A DNA stretch of 64,000 nucleotides, taken from positions 6,609 to 70,608 of the forward strand of contig CAWGOJ010000004.1 in assembly GCA_963824195.1 (NCBI GenBank), in the 5' to 3' direction. The position numbers and the translations under genes were made by a program. Source of the DNA: an uncultured Acidimicrobiaceae bacterium. Lineage in GTDB: Bacteria; Actinomycetota; Acidimicrobiia; Acidimicrobiales; RAAP-2. The notes beneath the pieces are model-generated. The model was not told the DNA's origin, ran no database searches, and saw only the letters and a program-made list of their open reading frames with translations. The first letter of the stretch is position 1; every line of letters begins with the position of its first letter. Shown piece by piece: positions 1 to 10,329 of this stretch.

Positions 1-747
1 ACCGTGGGGACGCTGCTCGGCTCCGAGATCAGCCGGCGTTACGGGGGGGCCGGGTTGCCCGACGACACCATCTCGCTGACCTTCACCGGATCGGCCGGCC
101 AGAGCTTCGGCGCCTTCGTGCCCAGGGGCGTGACGATGCGCCTGTACGGCGACGCCAACGACTACTTCGGCAAGGGCCTGTCCGGCGGCCGCCTGGTGGT
201 GCGGCCGCCGGAGGGCTCGCCGTTCACCGCCGAGGAGGAGATCATCGCGGGCAACGTGATCCTCTACGGCGCCACCGACGGCGAGGTCTTCATCCGCGGC
301 CAGGTGGGGGAGCGCTTCTGCGTCCGCAACTCCGGGGCGACCGCCGTCGTCGAGGGGGTGGGCGACCACGGCTGCGAGTACATGACCGGTGGGGTGGTGC
401 TCGTGCTCGGGCCGACCGGACGTAACTTCGCGGCGGGCATGTCGGGAGGCATCGCCTACGTGTACGACCCGGAGCGCACGTTCGGGCAGCGGGTCAACCT
501 CGAGCTGGTCGACGTAGAGCCGCTGGACCCCGAGGACAGCTTCATGGTGCGCACGCTGGTCGAGCGCCACGGGGTGGAGACCGAGTCGGCCGTCGCGGCG
601 CGCCTGTTGGAGAAGTGGGACACCGAGGTCCTCGAGTTCGTCAAGGTGATGCCGCGCGACTACCGCCGGATCCTGGAGGCGACCCGCCAGGCCGAGGCGC
701 AGGGCCGCTCGGTGGACGAGGCCGTCATGGAGGCCGCGCATGGGTAA
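1..747 (+). CDS. gltB: glutamate synthase large subunit, C-terminal GXGXG domain (5' end lies outside the window)
   Basis: The translation has the typical GltB C-terminal beta-helix motifs ([48 protein letters not shown]). The frame is open from base 1. The stop TAA at 745-747 overlaps the gltD start. Confidence 0.9.
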   Translation, partial: TVGTLLGSEISRRYGGAGLPDDTISLTFTGSAGQSFGAFVPRGVTMRLYGDANDYFGKGLSGGRLVVRPPEGSPFTAEEEIIAGNVILYGATDGEVFIRGQVGERFCVRNSGATAVVEGVGDHGCEYMTGGVVLVLGPTGRNFAAGMSGGIAYVYDPERTFGQRVNLELVDVEPLDPEDSFMVRTLVERHGVETESAVAARLLEKWDTEVLEFVKVMPRDYRRILEATRQAEAQGRSVDEAVMEAAHG

Positions 748-2287
748 GACGACGGGCTTCATGGAGTACGGCCGCCAACTGCCCCGGCGGCGGCCGGTCT
801 CGGTCCGGCTGCGCGACTGGAAGGAGGTCTACGAGCCCTTCGACGAGGAGGCCACCAAGGAGCAGGGAGCTCGCTGCATGGACTGCGGCATCCCCTTCTG
901 CCATGACGGCTGCCCGCTCGGCAACCTGATCCCGGAGTGGAACGATCTTGTGTACCGGGACGACTGGCCCGAGGCGATGGAGCGCCTGCACGCCACCAAC
1001 AACTTCCCCGAGTTCACGGGACGCCTGTGCCCGGCACCGTGCGAGGCGTCGTGCGTGCTCGGGATCAACGAGGACCCGGTCACGATCGAGCGGATTGAGT
1101 ACGAGATCGTCGAGCGCGCCTGGGACGAGGGGTGGGTGACCCCGCAGATGCCCACGGTCCGCACGGGCAAGTCGGTGGCGGTGGTCGGCTCGGGACCGGC
1201 CGGCCTGGCGGCCGCCCAGCAGCTGGTGCGGGCCGGCCACGCGGTGACCGTGTTCGAGCGGGCGGAGAAGCCTGGCGGGCTGCTGCGCTACGGGATCCCC
1301 GAGTTCAAGATGGAGAAGGCCGTGCTGGACCGCCGACTGGCCCAGATGGAGACCGAGGGTGTCACGTTCGTGTGCTCGACGTCGGTCGGTGGTGGCGGGG
1401 ACGAGTCGGGCGACGGAGGACCGGCCGAGCCGGGCGAGGAACGCGGCCTGGGGGTGGCGTGCGCCCCCGACGTCCAGGTGCGCCCGGCGGCCGAGGTGCA
1501 GGCGGGGTTCGACGCCGTGGTGCTGGCCGGCGGCGCGACGTTGCCCCGGGACCTGCCGGTGCCCGGGCGCGGGCTCTCGGGCATCCACCTGGCCATGGAG
1601 TACCTGAAGCCTTCGAACCTGGTCCAGGAGGGCGAGCTGCGATCCCCGCCCATCAGCGCCAAGGGGAAGCACGTGGTGATCATCGGCGGCGGCGACACCG
1701 GGGCGGACTGCCTGGGCACCGCGCACCGCCAGGGCGCGGCGTCGGTCCACCAGCTCGAGATCATGGCCGAGCCCCCGAGCGACCGGCTGGCCGAGAACCC
1801 GTGGCCGCTGTGGCCGCTGATCCTGCGGACCTCCTCGGCGCACGAGGAGGGAGGGCAGCGCCTCTTCTCCGTGACGACCACCGAATTCGTCGACGACGGC
1901 TCAGGGGCCGTGCGCGCCTTGCGCGGCCACACCGTCGAGATGCGCACCGAGGACGGCCGGACCGTGTTCGAGGAGGTGCCGGGCAGCGAGTTCGAGCTCG
2001 ACTGCGAGCTGGTGCTGCTGGCGATGGGCTTCGTGGGGACCGAGCGCCGCAGCGCCGTGGACGAGCTGGGCGTCGAGGTCGGCCCACGGGGGACCGTCGT
2101 GGCCGACCAGGCATGGGCGACCAACGTCGGCGGCGTCTTCGTGTGCGGGGACCAGACACGGGGTCAGAGCCTCATCGTCTGGGCCATCGCCGAGGGGCGT
2201 TCGTGCGCCTCGGCGGTCGACCGCTGGCTCATGGGGACGACCTCGCTGCCGGCGCCGCTCGTGCCCGGGCAACTGGCGATGCGCTGA
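740..2287 (+). CDS. gltD: glutamate synthase small subunit (NADPH)
   Basis: 515 aa. Has the N-terminal Fe-S cysteine motifs ([23 protein letters not shown]) and the dinucleotide-binding motifs [14 protein letters not shown] and [13 protein letters not shown]. It sits immediately after gltB. Confidence 0.9.
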   Translation: MGKTTGFMEYGRQLPRRRPVSVRLRDWKEVYEPFDEEATKEQGARCMDCGIPFCHDGCPLGNLIPEWNDLVYRDDWPEAMERLHATNNFPEFTGRLCPAPCEASCVLGINEDPVTIERIEYEIVERAWDEGWVTPQMPTVRTGKSVAVVGSGPAGLAAAQQLVRAGHAVTVFERAEKPGGLLRYGIPEFKMEKAVLDRRLAQMETEGVTFVCSTSVGGGGDESGDGGPAEPGEERGLGVACAPDVQVRPAAEVQAGFDAVVLAGGATLPRDLPVPGRGLSGIHLAMEYLKPSNLVQEGELRSPPISAKGKHVVIIGGGDTGADCLGTAHRQGAASVHQLEIMAEPPSDRLAENPWPLWPLILRTSSAHEEGGQRLFSVTTTEFVDDGSGAVRALRGHTVEMRTEDGRTVFEEVPGSEFELDCELVLLAMGFVGTERRSAVDELGVEVGPRGTVVADQAWATNVGGVFVCGDQTRGQSLIVWAIAEGRSCASAVDRWLMGTTSLPAPLVPGQLAMR

Positions 2288-2365
2288 GCGGACCGGTGGC
2301 CCCGGGCTCCCGTCGGACTCGTGCCGGCGGACTTTTCTGGCACTGTAAACAACCCTGTTTAGAGT

Positions 2366-3223
2366 GTGGGAAGGCGTCCCGGCTCGACCCGCCCCGTCAC
2401 GAGACGAGGTCGGTACAGTGCGACTGTGCCCACGTGCGTCGCCAACGGTGTGACGCTCTACTACGAGCTGGCCGGCACCGGTGAGCGGCTGCTGAGCATC
2501 TCGGGCACCGGTGGCGACCTGCGCCAGAAGCCGGGCGTGGCCGAGGGCCCCCTGGGAGAAGCGTTCGAGGTGCTCTCCTACGACCAGCGCGGTCTCGGCC
2601 AATCGAGCACGCCGACCTGGCCGTACGCCATGGCCGACTTCGCCGCCGACGCCGCCGCGCTCCTCGACACCGTCGGCTGGGACGACTGCCTCGTCATCGG
2701 GGTGTCGTTCGGCGGCATGGTCGCCCAGGAGCTGGCCATCAGGCACCCCGAGCGGGTGCGACGGCTGGTCCTGGCCTGCACGTCCGCCGGCGGAGCCGGC
2801 GGCGCCTCCTTCCCGCTGCACGAGTTGGTCTCCCTCACTCCCGAGGAGCGGGTGACCCGGCAGATCGGTCTGCTCGACACACGGTGGGACGAGGCGTGGC
2901 GCCGGGACCACCCCGAGATGGTGGCCCTCATCGCCGAGCGCATGCCCGCGACGACGGGGGAGCCGACCGAGGGCCTGACCAACCAGCTGGCCGCCCGGGC
3001 CCAGCACGACACGACGGCCCGGCTGGGACACATCGTGTGCCCGACCCTGGTGTGCGGTGGCCGCTTCGACGGCATCGCGCCGCCGGCCAACAGCGAGCTC
3101 CTGGCCCAGGCGATCCCCGACGCGCGCCTGGCGCTCTTCGACGGGGGCCACGCGTTCTTCCTCCAGGACGCCGCCGCCTGGCCGGCCGTCACCGAGTTCC
3201 TCGCCGGGGGCGCGTCCGCCTGA
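2366..3223 (+). CDS. alpha/beta hydrolase fold protein
   Basis: Has the nucleophile-elbow motif GVSFGG and the YDQRGLGQS oxyanion region, with a C-terminal His context (GGHAFFLQD). The start is uncertain; GTG 2426 is an alternative. Confidence 0.72.
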   Translation: MGRRPGSTRPVTRRGRYSATVPTCVANGVTLYYELAGTGERLLSISGTGGDLRQKPGVAEGPLGEAFEVLSYDQRGLGQSSTPTWPYAMADFAADAAALLDTVGWDDCLVIGVSFGGMVAQELAIRHPERVRRLVLACTSAGGAGGASFPLHELVSLTPEERVTRQIGLLDTRWDEAWRRDHPEMVALIAERMPATTGEPTEGLTNQLAARAQHDTTARLGHIVCPTLVCGGRFDGIAPPANSELLAQAIPDARLALFDGGHAFFLQDAAAWPAVTEFLAGGASA

Positions 3224-3245
3224 GCCGCCCCGTAGATTGCCTGTC

Positions 3246-4886
3246 ATGGACGTGACGGCAACACCCGAGTGGAAGACCCTGGCGGCACACTACGAGGACG
3301 TCTCCGGGCGACACCTGCGCGACCTCTTCGCCGAGGACCCCGAGCGGGCCTCGCGCCTCACGGCGCAGGCCGCCGACCTCGTCCTCGACTACTCCAAGCA
3401 ACGGGTCACGGACGAGACGTTGCGCCTCTTGATGGACGTCGCCCGGGCGGCCAGGGTCGCGGAGCGTCGCGACGCGATGTTCTCCGGCGCGCACATCAAC
3501 ACGACCGAGGACCGTGCCGTCCTGCACGTGGCCCTGCGGATGCCCCCCGGCACCGAGCTCACCGTCGACGGGCAGGACGTGGCAGGTGACGTGCACGCGG
3601 TCTTGGGGAAGATGGGTGAGCTCTCGGAGCGCATCCGCAACGGGTCGTGGACCGGGGCGACGGGCAAGCGGATCAACGCCGTGGTGAACATCGGCATCGG
3701 GGGCTCCGACCTCGGCCCGGCCATGGCGACGACCGCGCTGGCCGACTACGCGCAACCGGGTCTGGTGAGCAGGTTCGTGTCGAACGTCGACCCCGTCGAC
3801 CTCTACGCCGCCACGCACGACCTGGAGCCGGCAACGACGCTGTTCGTGGTCAGCTCGAAGACGTTCACCACGCTCGAGACGCTGACCAATGCAGCCGCGG
3901 CACGGCAGTGGCTGCTCGACGGACTCGGGCCTTCGGCAGGTGACGATGCGGTGGCGAAGCACTTCGTGGCCGTCTCCACCAACGCCAAGGCCGTGGCCGA
4001 ATTCGGCATCGACCCGGACAACATGCTCGAGTTCTGGGACTGGGTCGGCGGGCGCTACTCCTACGACTCCGCCATCGGCTTCTCGCTCATGGTGGCCATC
4101 GGGCGCCAGGCCTTCGGCGAGATGCTGTTCGGGTTCTATTCCATGGACGAGCACTTCCGGACGGCGCCCCTGGGCGAGAACCTCCCGGTCATTCAGGGCA
4201 TGCTCAATGTCTGGTACGACAACCTCTTCGGCGCGCAGACCCATGCCGTGCTGCCCTACAGCCACCGGCTGGCCCGCTTCCCGGCCTACCTGCAGCAGCT
4301 CACGATGGAGTCCAACGGGAAGTCGGTCCGGCTGGACGGCTCCGCAGTGGCGGGCCAGACGGGCGAGATCTTCTGGGGCGAGCCGGGCACCAACGGGCAG
4401 CACGCCTTCTACCAGCTCATCCACCAGGGCACGAAGCTGATCCCGTGTGACTTCATCGCCTTCGCCGAGGGCACCCACGAGACGGGGGAGCAGCAGGACC
4501 TCCTGATGGCCAACTGCCTGGCGCAGACGAAGGCGCTGGCCTTCGGCAAGACGGCGGAGGAGATCGCCGCCGAGGGGACACCAGCCGAGCTGGTGCCCCA
4601 CAAGGTGATGCCGGGCAACCGCCCGAGCTCGACGATCCTGGCCCCCAAGCTGACCCCGTCGGTCCTGGGGCAGCTGGTGGCGCTCTACGAGCACACCGTG
4701 TTCGTCGAGGGCACGGTGTGGGGCATCGACTCCTTCGACCAGTGGGGCGTCGAGCTGGGCAAGGTCATGGCCAAGGAGCTCGCCCCGATCCTGACGGACG
4801 CAGCTGCCCCCGACCTCTCGGCGCAGGACTCCTCGACCGCGTCGTTGGTACGGCGCTACCGGGCCCTGCGTGGGCGCGCCGTCTAA
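3246..4886 (+). CDS. pgi: glucose-6-phosphate isomerase
   Basis: 546 aa from ATG 3246 ([12 protein letters not shown]...). PGI signatures are present: [52 protein letters not shown]. The longer 3057 ORF start adds an Arg/Pro-rich extension that looks like off-frame sequence. Confidence 0.93.
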   Translation: MDVTATPEWKTLAAHYEDVSGRHLRDLFAEDPERASRLTAQAADLVLDYSKQRVTDETLRLLMDVARAARVAERRDAMFSGAHINTTEDRAVLHVALRMPPGTELTVDGQDVAGDVHAVLGKMGELSERIRNGSWTGATGKRINAVVNIGIGGSDLGPAMATTALADYAQPGLVSRFVSNVDPVDLYAATHDLEPATTLFVVSSKTFTTLETLTNAAAARQWLLDGLGPSAGDDAVAKHFVAVSTNAKAVAEFGIDPDNMLEFWDWVGGRYSYDSAIGFSLMVAIGRQAFGEMLFGFYSMDEHFRTAPLGENLPVIQGMLNVWYDNLFGAQTHAVLPYSHRLARFPAYLQQLTMESNGKSVRLDGSAVAGQTGEIFWGEPGTNGQHAFYQLIHQGTKLIPCDFIAFAEGTHETGEQQDLLMANCLAQTKALAFGKTAEEIAAEGTPAELVPHKVMPGNRPSSTILAPKLTPSVLGQLVALYEHTVFVEGTVWGIDSFDQWGVELGKVMAKELAPILTDAAAPDLSAQDSSTASLVRRYRALRGRAV

Positions 4887-4890
4887 ACCG

Positions 4891-5328
4891 TCAGCCGCGG
4901 GTCTCGATACCGTGCAGCGGCTGGCGCGGCATCAACCCCCGCCAGGCGCTCGGGAGCTTGAGGGACAGCCGCTCGAGCTCCTCGAGATGGAGCTCCGAGA
5001 GCGTCTCGAGGCGCTTGCTCCCCGCTGCGGTGAGCTGCAGGCGCACGATCCGGTGGTCCTGTGGGTCACGGACCCGCTTTACCAGACCCGCCGCGACGGC
5101 CCGGTCCACCAGACCGACCGCGCTGTGGTGCCGGAGGAGGAGGTAGTCGGCCACCTCCCCGACAGTGGGGCCGCGGCGGTCGCGGTGCCCCCGTATGGCG
5201 AGCAGCAGCTGGTGCTGCGCCGGTGTCAGCCCTGCCGTATCCGCCTGTTGCTCGCTCCATCGCATCAGCCGCCGGAGGCCGGTGCGCAAGGTCAGCAGAT
5301 CCTCGTAATCGGCATCCCGCAGACGCAT
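4891..5328 (-). CDS. MarR family transcriptional regulator
   Basis: 145 aa with a winged-helix core (LTPAQHQLLLAI...GPTVGEVADYLLLRHHSAVGLVDRAVAAGLVKRVRDPQDHRIVRLQLT). Convergent with pgi, with a 4-nt gap. Confidence 0.85.
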   Translation of the reverse strand: MRLRDADYEDLLTLRTGLRRLMRWSEQQADTAGLTPAQHQLLLAIRGHRDRRGPTVGEVADYLLLRHHSAVGLVDRAVAAGLVKRVRDPQDHRIVRLQLTAAGSKRLETLSELHLEELERLSLKLPSAWRGLMPRQPLHGIETRG

Positions 5329-5381
5329 CGTCTCACGATAGCATCGTATTGCGATAAAGATGGGGAGGGGAGCGGAGCCCG

Positions 5382-6410
5382 TCAGGCCGGCCTCGTCGCC
5401 CCCACGAAGAGGAGGCTGCCGAAGCGCGCGCCCACCGTGGTTGGGAAGGCCTCGGCCCGCACGTCGGCACCCGTGTAGGGCGCGTCGACCATGACGGCAT
5501 CACCGCCAACGATCCCGACGTAGATGCCGACGTGATCGATCGCGGCCGGCCCGGCGCCGAAGAAGACGAGATCCCCCGGCGCGAGGGGCTGGCCGGCGGA
5601 CAGCTTCGGGGTCCCGTCGTACTGGTCCTGGGCCACCCTCGGCAGCGCCACGCCGGCCACCCGGTAGGCAGCCTGGACGAGCCCCGAGCAGTCGAAGCCC
5701 ACGCCCGGGGTCTCGCCGCCCCACACGTAGGGCGTGCCGATCTGGGCCAGCGCCCACTCCACCGCCACCGCGCCAGCGCCCGAGACCGGCGTCCCCTCCG
5801 ACGTCGCCGAGACGGGGCCGGCCAGTGACTGCGCCAGCGCCAGCACCTGGGCCACGTAGGACGCCGAGTGGTTGTAGGCGTACACGGCACCGGCGATGTC
5901 CGCACCACCCGCGGCACCGTTGGCGCACAGGAGGCGGGCCGCCGCGTAGACGGCGTCCGTCGGGTCGTAGGGGCTCGGCGGGTCGACCCCGCCCGGGGGC
6001 ACCGGCTCGTCGTACTCGGCGAAGGTGGCGGGCTCGAACTGCATGGGCCCCTCCGCTCCCGCCGCGTTGGCGCCGCTGTGGACCCCGGGGAGGCCCGACT
6101 GCCCGTTGTCCGACTCGACGGTGCCGATGGCGGCCAGGATGGTCCAGGGCAGGCCCTGGCAGGTCGCCGCCGCCTCCTGGTAGAGCGCCAGCATGGTGGC
6201 GGAGACCTCGGCGGTCGCCGCCGACGAGGCTGCCGGTGCGCCTCCGCCGACGCCGAGCAGGGAGAGGGCCGACGCCACCACCGCGGTCCCGACCAGCACG
6301 GATGCCAGGCCCACGGCCAGCCCCGCGGCTGCGATCCCCCTCACCGGAGTGCGGCGGCACCGCGGGGTGGGCACGTCCGGGCTGCGGCCATGGTACGGAA
6401 CGGTCGCCAC
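5382..6410 (-). CDS. secreted peptidoglycan hydrolase, lytic-transglycosylase-like (SLT) domain plus C-terminal NlpC/P60 endopeptidase domain
   Basis: N-terminal hydrophobic segment, then an SLT-like block (ILAAIGTVESDNGQS...GPMQFEPATF). The NlpC/P60 block is YVWGGETPGVGFDCSGLVQAAY...DLVFFG...IDHVGIYVG. The start may be GTG 6344 rather than 6410. Confidence 0.85.
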   Translation of the reverse strand: MATVPYHGRSPDVPTPRCRRTPVRGIAAAGLAVGLASVLVGTAVVASALSLLGVGGGAPAASSAATAEVSATMLALYQEAAATCQGLPWTILAAIGTVESDNGQSGLPGVHSGANAAGAEGPMQFEPATFAEYDEPVPPGGVDPPSPYDPTDAVYAAARLLCANGAAGGADIAGAVYAYNHSASYVAQVLALAQSLAGPVSATSEGTPVSGAGAVAVEWALAQIGTPYVWGGETPGVGFDCSGLVQAAYRVAGVALPRVAQDQYDGTPKLSAGQPLAPGDLVFFGAGPAAIDHVGIYVGIVGGDAVMVDAPYTGADVRAEAFPTTVGARFGSLLFVGATRPA

Positions 6411-6535
6411 GCTGTGCCGCTCGGCACGGCAATGACGCGCTCGTCATGCTCCGGGGCTCGAAAAGCGCCATGCGGGACGCACCGCTCCTGATCAGCGACA
6501 TCCTCCGCCGTGGGCAGCGGGCGCACGGCGACAGC
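6020..6535. repeat. copy A of a diverged direct duplication (SLT-domain codons, divergent intergenic region, and the first ~25 codons of fadD)
   Basis: Aligned by eye to 8509-8785. For example 6021-6125 matches 8511-8617, and 6385-6535 matches 8626-8785. Copy B lacks the equivalent of about 6126-6384. Confidence 0.7.
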
Positions 6536-6619
6536 ACCCACCTGCCACGTTCTGATCGGGTACGACGAGCTGCGCAGGGGTGTGCGGTACCGTCGACGTG
6601 GGAAAGGGGGTACCCGTGA
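6470..6619 (+). pseudogene. 5' fragment of the fadD-like ligase gene, retained as a 49-codon leader ORF
   Basis: Encodes MRDAPLLISDILRRGQRAHGDS..., which matches the N-terminus of the full ligase (MQDAPLLISDILRHGQRVHGDS) at 8721. It then diverges and stops at TGA 6617-6619, overlapping GTG 6616 of the next gene as GTGA. Confidence 0.5.
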
Positions 6620-8349
6620 GACGACGGATGAGGAGGCCGGCGGTCGCGTTCGTGACCACGGCGCTGCTATGGCTGGGCCTCACGGTTGGCGGCGCGCCGA
6701 GCATCGCGTCGGCTGGCACGCCGGTGCCGGGCGCGCCCAACTGCCCCGTGTTCCCGGCCGACAACGTCTGGAACACCCCCATTGCGGGCTTGCCGGTCGA
6801 CCCCCACAGCGCGGAGTGGCTGGCCAGCATGGACGCCTCCACCACCAACCTCAATTTCGTCCATGGGCCGCAGTACGGCATGCCCATCACGGTGGTGTCC
6901 CCGTCGCATCCCCTGGTCCCCATCTCGTTCGGCTCCTCCGGGAACGATCCCGGGCCGTACCCGTTCGGTGCCGACACGGCGATCGAGGGTGGCCAGAGCG
7001 CCACGGGCGACCGGCACGCCATCATGGTCAACCCCGCCACGTGCACCGACTACGAGCTCTACGACGCGTTCTATAACCCCTCGGGCTCGACCGCCGCCAA
7101 CGGCGCGATCTGGAACCTCAACTCCAACGCCCTGCGGGCCGGGTTGGCGACGGTGGACGCCGCCGGCACGCCCATTCTGGCGGGGCTCGTGCGCTACGAC
7201 GAGGTGCAGTCGGGCGTCATCACCCACGCCATCCGGGTGCAGGCGGAGACAACCGACACCTCGTACATCTGGCCGGCCACCGCCGGAGAGGGATCGGCGT
7301 CCAACCCGGACCTCCCGCCCATGGGGGCCCGGTTCCGGCTCAAGGCGAGCTTCGACATATCGGGCTACTCGCCCCAGGCCCAGGTGGTGCTGCGCGCCTT
7401 GCAGCAGTACGGGTTGATCCTGTCCGACAACGGCCCCAACTGGCACTTCTGGGGCACTTCCGACTCGAGTTGGCCGTCCTCCTTGGCCAACGAGCTCAGT
7501 ACGGTGCCGGCGAGCGCCTTCGAGGCGGTCGACGAGTCGAGTTTGGAGATCAGCTCCAATTCGGGGCAGGCCCGCCAGCCGGGCGCCTCGGTCAACTGCT
7601 CGTCCCAGCCGGGCTACCGCCTGGCGGCCGCGGACGGTGGCGTGTTCTCCTTCTGCGAGCCCTTCCTCGGCTCCATGGGCGGCCAGCACCTCAATGCGCC
7701 CATCGTGGGCATGGCGGCCACCCATGACGACAACGGCTACTGGCTCGTCGCGTCGGACGGCGGGATCTTCAACTACGGCGACGCGGGCTTCCACGGCTCG
7801 GCGGGGAGCCTGCGTCTGAACAAACCCGTCGTGGGCATGGCGGCCACCCCCGACGGGGGCGGCTACTGGCTCGTCGCGTCCGACGGTGGGATCTTCGCCT
7901 ACGGCGACGCCGGGTTCTACGGCTCGGCGGGATCCATCCGCCTCAACAAGCCGATCGTGGGCATGGCGGCCACGCCGAGCGGCCACGGCTACTGGCTCGT
8001 GGCCTCAGACGGAGGGATCTTCGCCTACGGCGACGCGGCCTTCCACGGCTCGGCCGGGTCGATCCCCCTCAACAAACCTGTCGTGGGGATGGCGGCCGAC
8101 GCCAGTGGCGGGGGCTACTGGTTGGTCGCTTCGGACGGAGGCATCTTCGACTACGGCGATGCTGGCTTCTACGGCTCGGCCGGGTCGATCCCCCTCAACA
8201 AACCTGTCGTGGGGATGATCGGCTCCGTCGACGGGGCGGGCTACTCGCTGGTGGCCTCCGACGGCGGGATCTTCAGTTATGGCGACGCCGTCTTCCACGG
8301 TTCGACCGGGGACATCGCGCTCGACGCTCCCATAGTGGCGATGGGGTGA
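6616..8349 (+). CDS. secreted protein: uncharacterised N-terminal domain plus six ~41-aa GYWLVASDGGIF-type repeats (probable beta-propeller)
   Basis: GTG 6616 is preceded by AAGGGGG and followed by a signal-like N-terminus (RRRMRRPAVAFVTTALLWLGLTVGGAPSIASA). The C-terminal half is tandem repeats with consensus GYWLVASDGGIFxYGDAxFxGSxGSxxLNKPVVGMAAT. The ORF could start as early as 6580. Confidence 0.8.
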   Translation: MRRRMRRPAVAFVTTALLWLGLTVGGAPSIASAGTPVPGAPNCPVFPADNVWNTPIAGLPVDPHSAEWLASMDASTTNLNFVHGPQYGMPITVVSPSHPLVPISFGSSGNDPGPYPFGADTAIEGGQSATGDRHAIMVNPATCTDYELYDAFYNPSGSTAANGAIWNLNSNALRAGLATVDAAGTPILAGLVRYDEVQSGVITHAIRVQAETTDTSYIWPATAGEGSASNPDLPPMGARFRLKASFDISGYSPQAQVVLRALQQYGLILSDNGPNWHFWGTSDSSWPSSLANELSTVPASAFEAVDESSLEISSNSGQARQPGASVNCSSQPGYRLAAADGGVFSFCEPFLGSMGGQHLNAPIVGMAATHDDNGYWLVASDGGIFNYGDAGFHGSAGSLRLNKPVVGMAATPDGGGYWLVASDGGIFAYGDAGFYGSAGSIRLNKPIVGMAATPSGHGYWLVASDGGIFAYGDAAFHGSAGSIPLNKPVVGMAADASGGGYWLVASDGGIFDYGDAGFYGSAGSIPLNKPVVGMIGSVDGAGYSLVASDGGIFSYGDAVFHGSTGDIALDAPIVAMG

Positions 8350-8508
8350 GCCGAGCCGCTGACCGGCCCGGGACGTCGAGCGTCGACGTGGGCCCATAGA
8401 AGTCCTGGTCACGACCGATTCGCGAGCGTGGACGCGGTGCGTATCCACAGGAGGGCACTCGCCGTTCCCGCCTGTCACCCACAGCCGTGCGGACGGCATG
8501 TTCGCCTT

Positions 8509-8625
8509 TGAAGGTGGCCCGGCTCGAACTGCACGGGCCCCTCCACGCGCCGCGTCGGCGCCGCCGTGGACGCCGGGGAGGCTCGACCGCCCGTCGTCCG
8601 ACTCGACGGTGCCGCTGCCGGTGCG
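8509..8625 (-). pseudogene. decayed remnant of the SLT-domain region of the 5382-6410 gene
   Basis: The minus-strand translation gives GTVESDDGRSSLPGVHGGADAARGG, then a broken frame continuing as GPVQFEPG. The intact gene reads GTVESDNGQSGLPGVHSGANAAGAEGPMQFEPATF. There is no start codon and no complete domain. Confidence 0.55.
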
Positions 8626-8785
8626 CCGGTACTCTTCTGCCAAGCCACGGAACGGTCGCGGCGGCCTGGCGGTGGGCACGGCAATGGCGCGCTCGCCATA
8701 CTTGGGCCATGAAAAGCACCATGCAGGACGCTCCGCTCCTGATCAGCGACATCCTCCGCCACGGGCAGCGGGTCCATGGCGACAG
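8509..8785. repeat. copy B of the diverged direct duplication
   Basis: See copy A. It contains a decayed SLT fragment, the intergenic region, and the true 5' end of the ligase gene. Confidence 0.7.
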
Positions 8786-10329
8786 TTCCGTCACCACCGT
8801 CGAGGCCGGCGGGCACCGCTCGGCCACCTTCTCGGAGGTGGCGACGCGGGCGGAGAAGCTGGCGGCCGCCCTCACGAGACTCGGGATTCAGCCGGGGGAC
8901 CGGGTGGGGACGTTCTGCTGGAACAACCAGGGCCACCTGGAGGCCTACCTCGCCATCCCGTCCATGGGGGCCGTCCTGCACACCCTCAACATCCGGCTCC
9001 CGGCCGACCAGCTCGCCTACGTCATCAACCACGCCGAGGACCGCTTCATCATCGTGGACGCCTCGTTGATCCCACTGCTGGCGGCCGTCAAGGACGAGCT
9101 GAAGACGGTCGAGACCATCATCGTGGCGGGCGAGGGCGACACGTCGCCCCTCGGTGAGACCGTGTCCTACGAGCGGCTGCTGTCCGCCGAGGAGCCCGGC
9201 TTCGAGTGGCCCGAGCTCGACGAGCGCTCCGCCGCGGCCATGTGTTACACGAGCGGCACGACCGGCAACCCCAAGGGCGTCGTGTACTCACACCGCTCCA
9301 CCTGGTTGCACACCCTGGCCGAGCAGGCCGCCTCGTCGGTCGGCATGACGGAGACCGACCGCATCCTGATCATCGTGCCCATGTTCCACGCCAACGCCTG
9401 GGGGACCCCCTACAGCGCCTGGATGGCCGGCACCGACATGATCATGCCGCAGATGTTCCTCATGGGGGAGCAGCTGGCGGCCGTCTTCAACGAGTTCCAG
9501 CCCACCCTCGCCTGCGGCGTGCCGACCATCTGGAACGGCCTGCTGGCCCTCGACACGCCGATCGACTTCTCGAGCGTGCGCGGCATCACGGCGGGCGGGG
9601 CAGCCGTGCCCCAGTCCCTCATCGAGGCCTTCGAGAAGCGCTTCGGCGCCACCATCATCCAAGGATGGGGCATGACCGAGACCAGCCCGCTGGCCGCCTT
9701 CGGGCTTCCCCCGGCCCGCAAGCAGGACGGCCACGACGACATGTACTACAAGGTCAAGGCCGGCCGGGTCGTCGGCGGCGTCGAGGTGCGCGTGGTCGCC
9801 GAGGACGGGACGGTGCTCCCCAACGACGGGAAGTCGGTCGGGGAGTTCGAGATCCGCGGGCCGTGGATCACGGGCTCCTACTACAAGGACGAGGACCCGG
9901 CGAAGTTCCACGACGGGTGGCTGTGCACGGGCGACGTCGGCGCACTCGACGTCCAGGGCTACATGACGATCTCGGACCGCACCAAGGACGTCATCAAGTC
10001 CGGTGGGGAGTGGATCTCCTCGGTCGAGCTCGAGAATGCCGTCATGGCCCACCCCGACGTCTTCGAGGCGGCCGTGATCTCCGTCCCCGACCCCAAGTGG
10101 TCCGAACGCCCGCTGGTGGCCGTGGTCGCCCAAGCCCGGCCGCTCGCCGGCTCCCGCCGACCTGGTCGCGTTCCTGACCGACCGCGTGCCGCGCTGGTGG
10201 CTGCCCGAGCAGTGGACGTTCATCACCGAGGTCCCCAAGACGAGCGTGGGCAAGTTCGACAAGAAGGTCATGCGTGCCGCGTTCGCCGACGGCTCCTACG
10301 AGGTGCAGAGCACGCCGCTGCCCAAGTGA
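8709..10329 (+). pseudogene. long-chain fatty-acid--CoA ligase (AMP-dependent synthetase, FadD-like) with an apparent single-base frameshift near 10129-10131
   Basis: AMP-binding motifs are present (MCYTSGTTGNPKGVVYSH, GWGMTETSP, GWLCTGDVG...[18 protein letters not shown]). After ...PLVAVVA the frame turns into Arg-rich sequence. The +1 frame continues as [51 protein letters not shown]...PLPK, stopping at TGA 10327-10329; this is the canonical C-terminus with the catalytic Lys. Confidence 0.8.

Noticed and set aside
3057-3245. N-terminal extension of the pgi ORF, which overlaps the hydrolase gene.
   Set aside because: The extension is Ala/Arg/Pro/Ser-rich and not PGI-like. PGI homology begins at ATG 3246 ([12 protein letters not shown]).
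6411-6579. Possible c-di-AMP (ydaO-type) riboswitch upstream of the NlpC/P60 hydrolase, as is common in actinobacteria.
   Set aside because: I could not find the conserved ydaO core elements in the minus-strand reading of this spacer. Only an Infernal scan could settle it.
6020-8785. The duplication flanking 6616-8349, considered as a transposon target-site duplication or mobile element.
   Set aside because: The repeats are hundreds of bp long and diverged. There are no terminal inverted repeats and no transposase or integrase gene. It is better explained as a segmental duplication or recombination scar.
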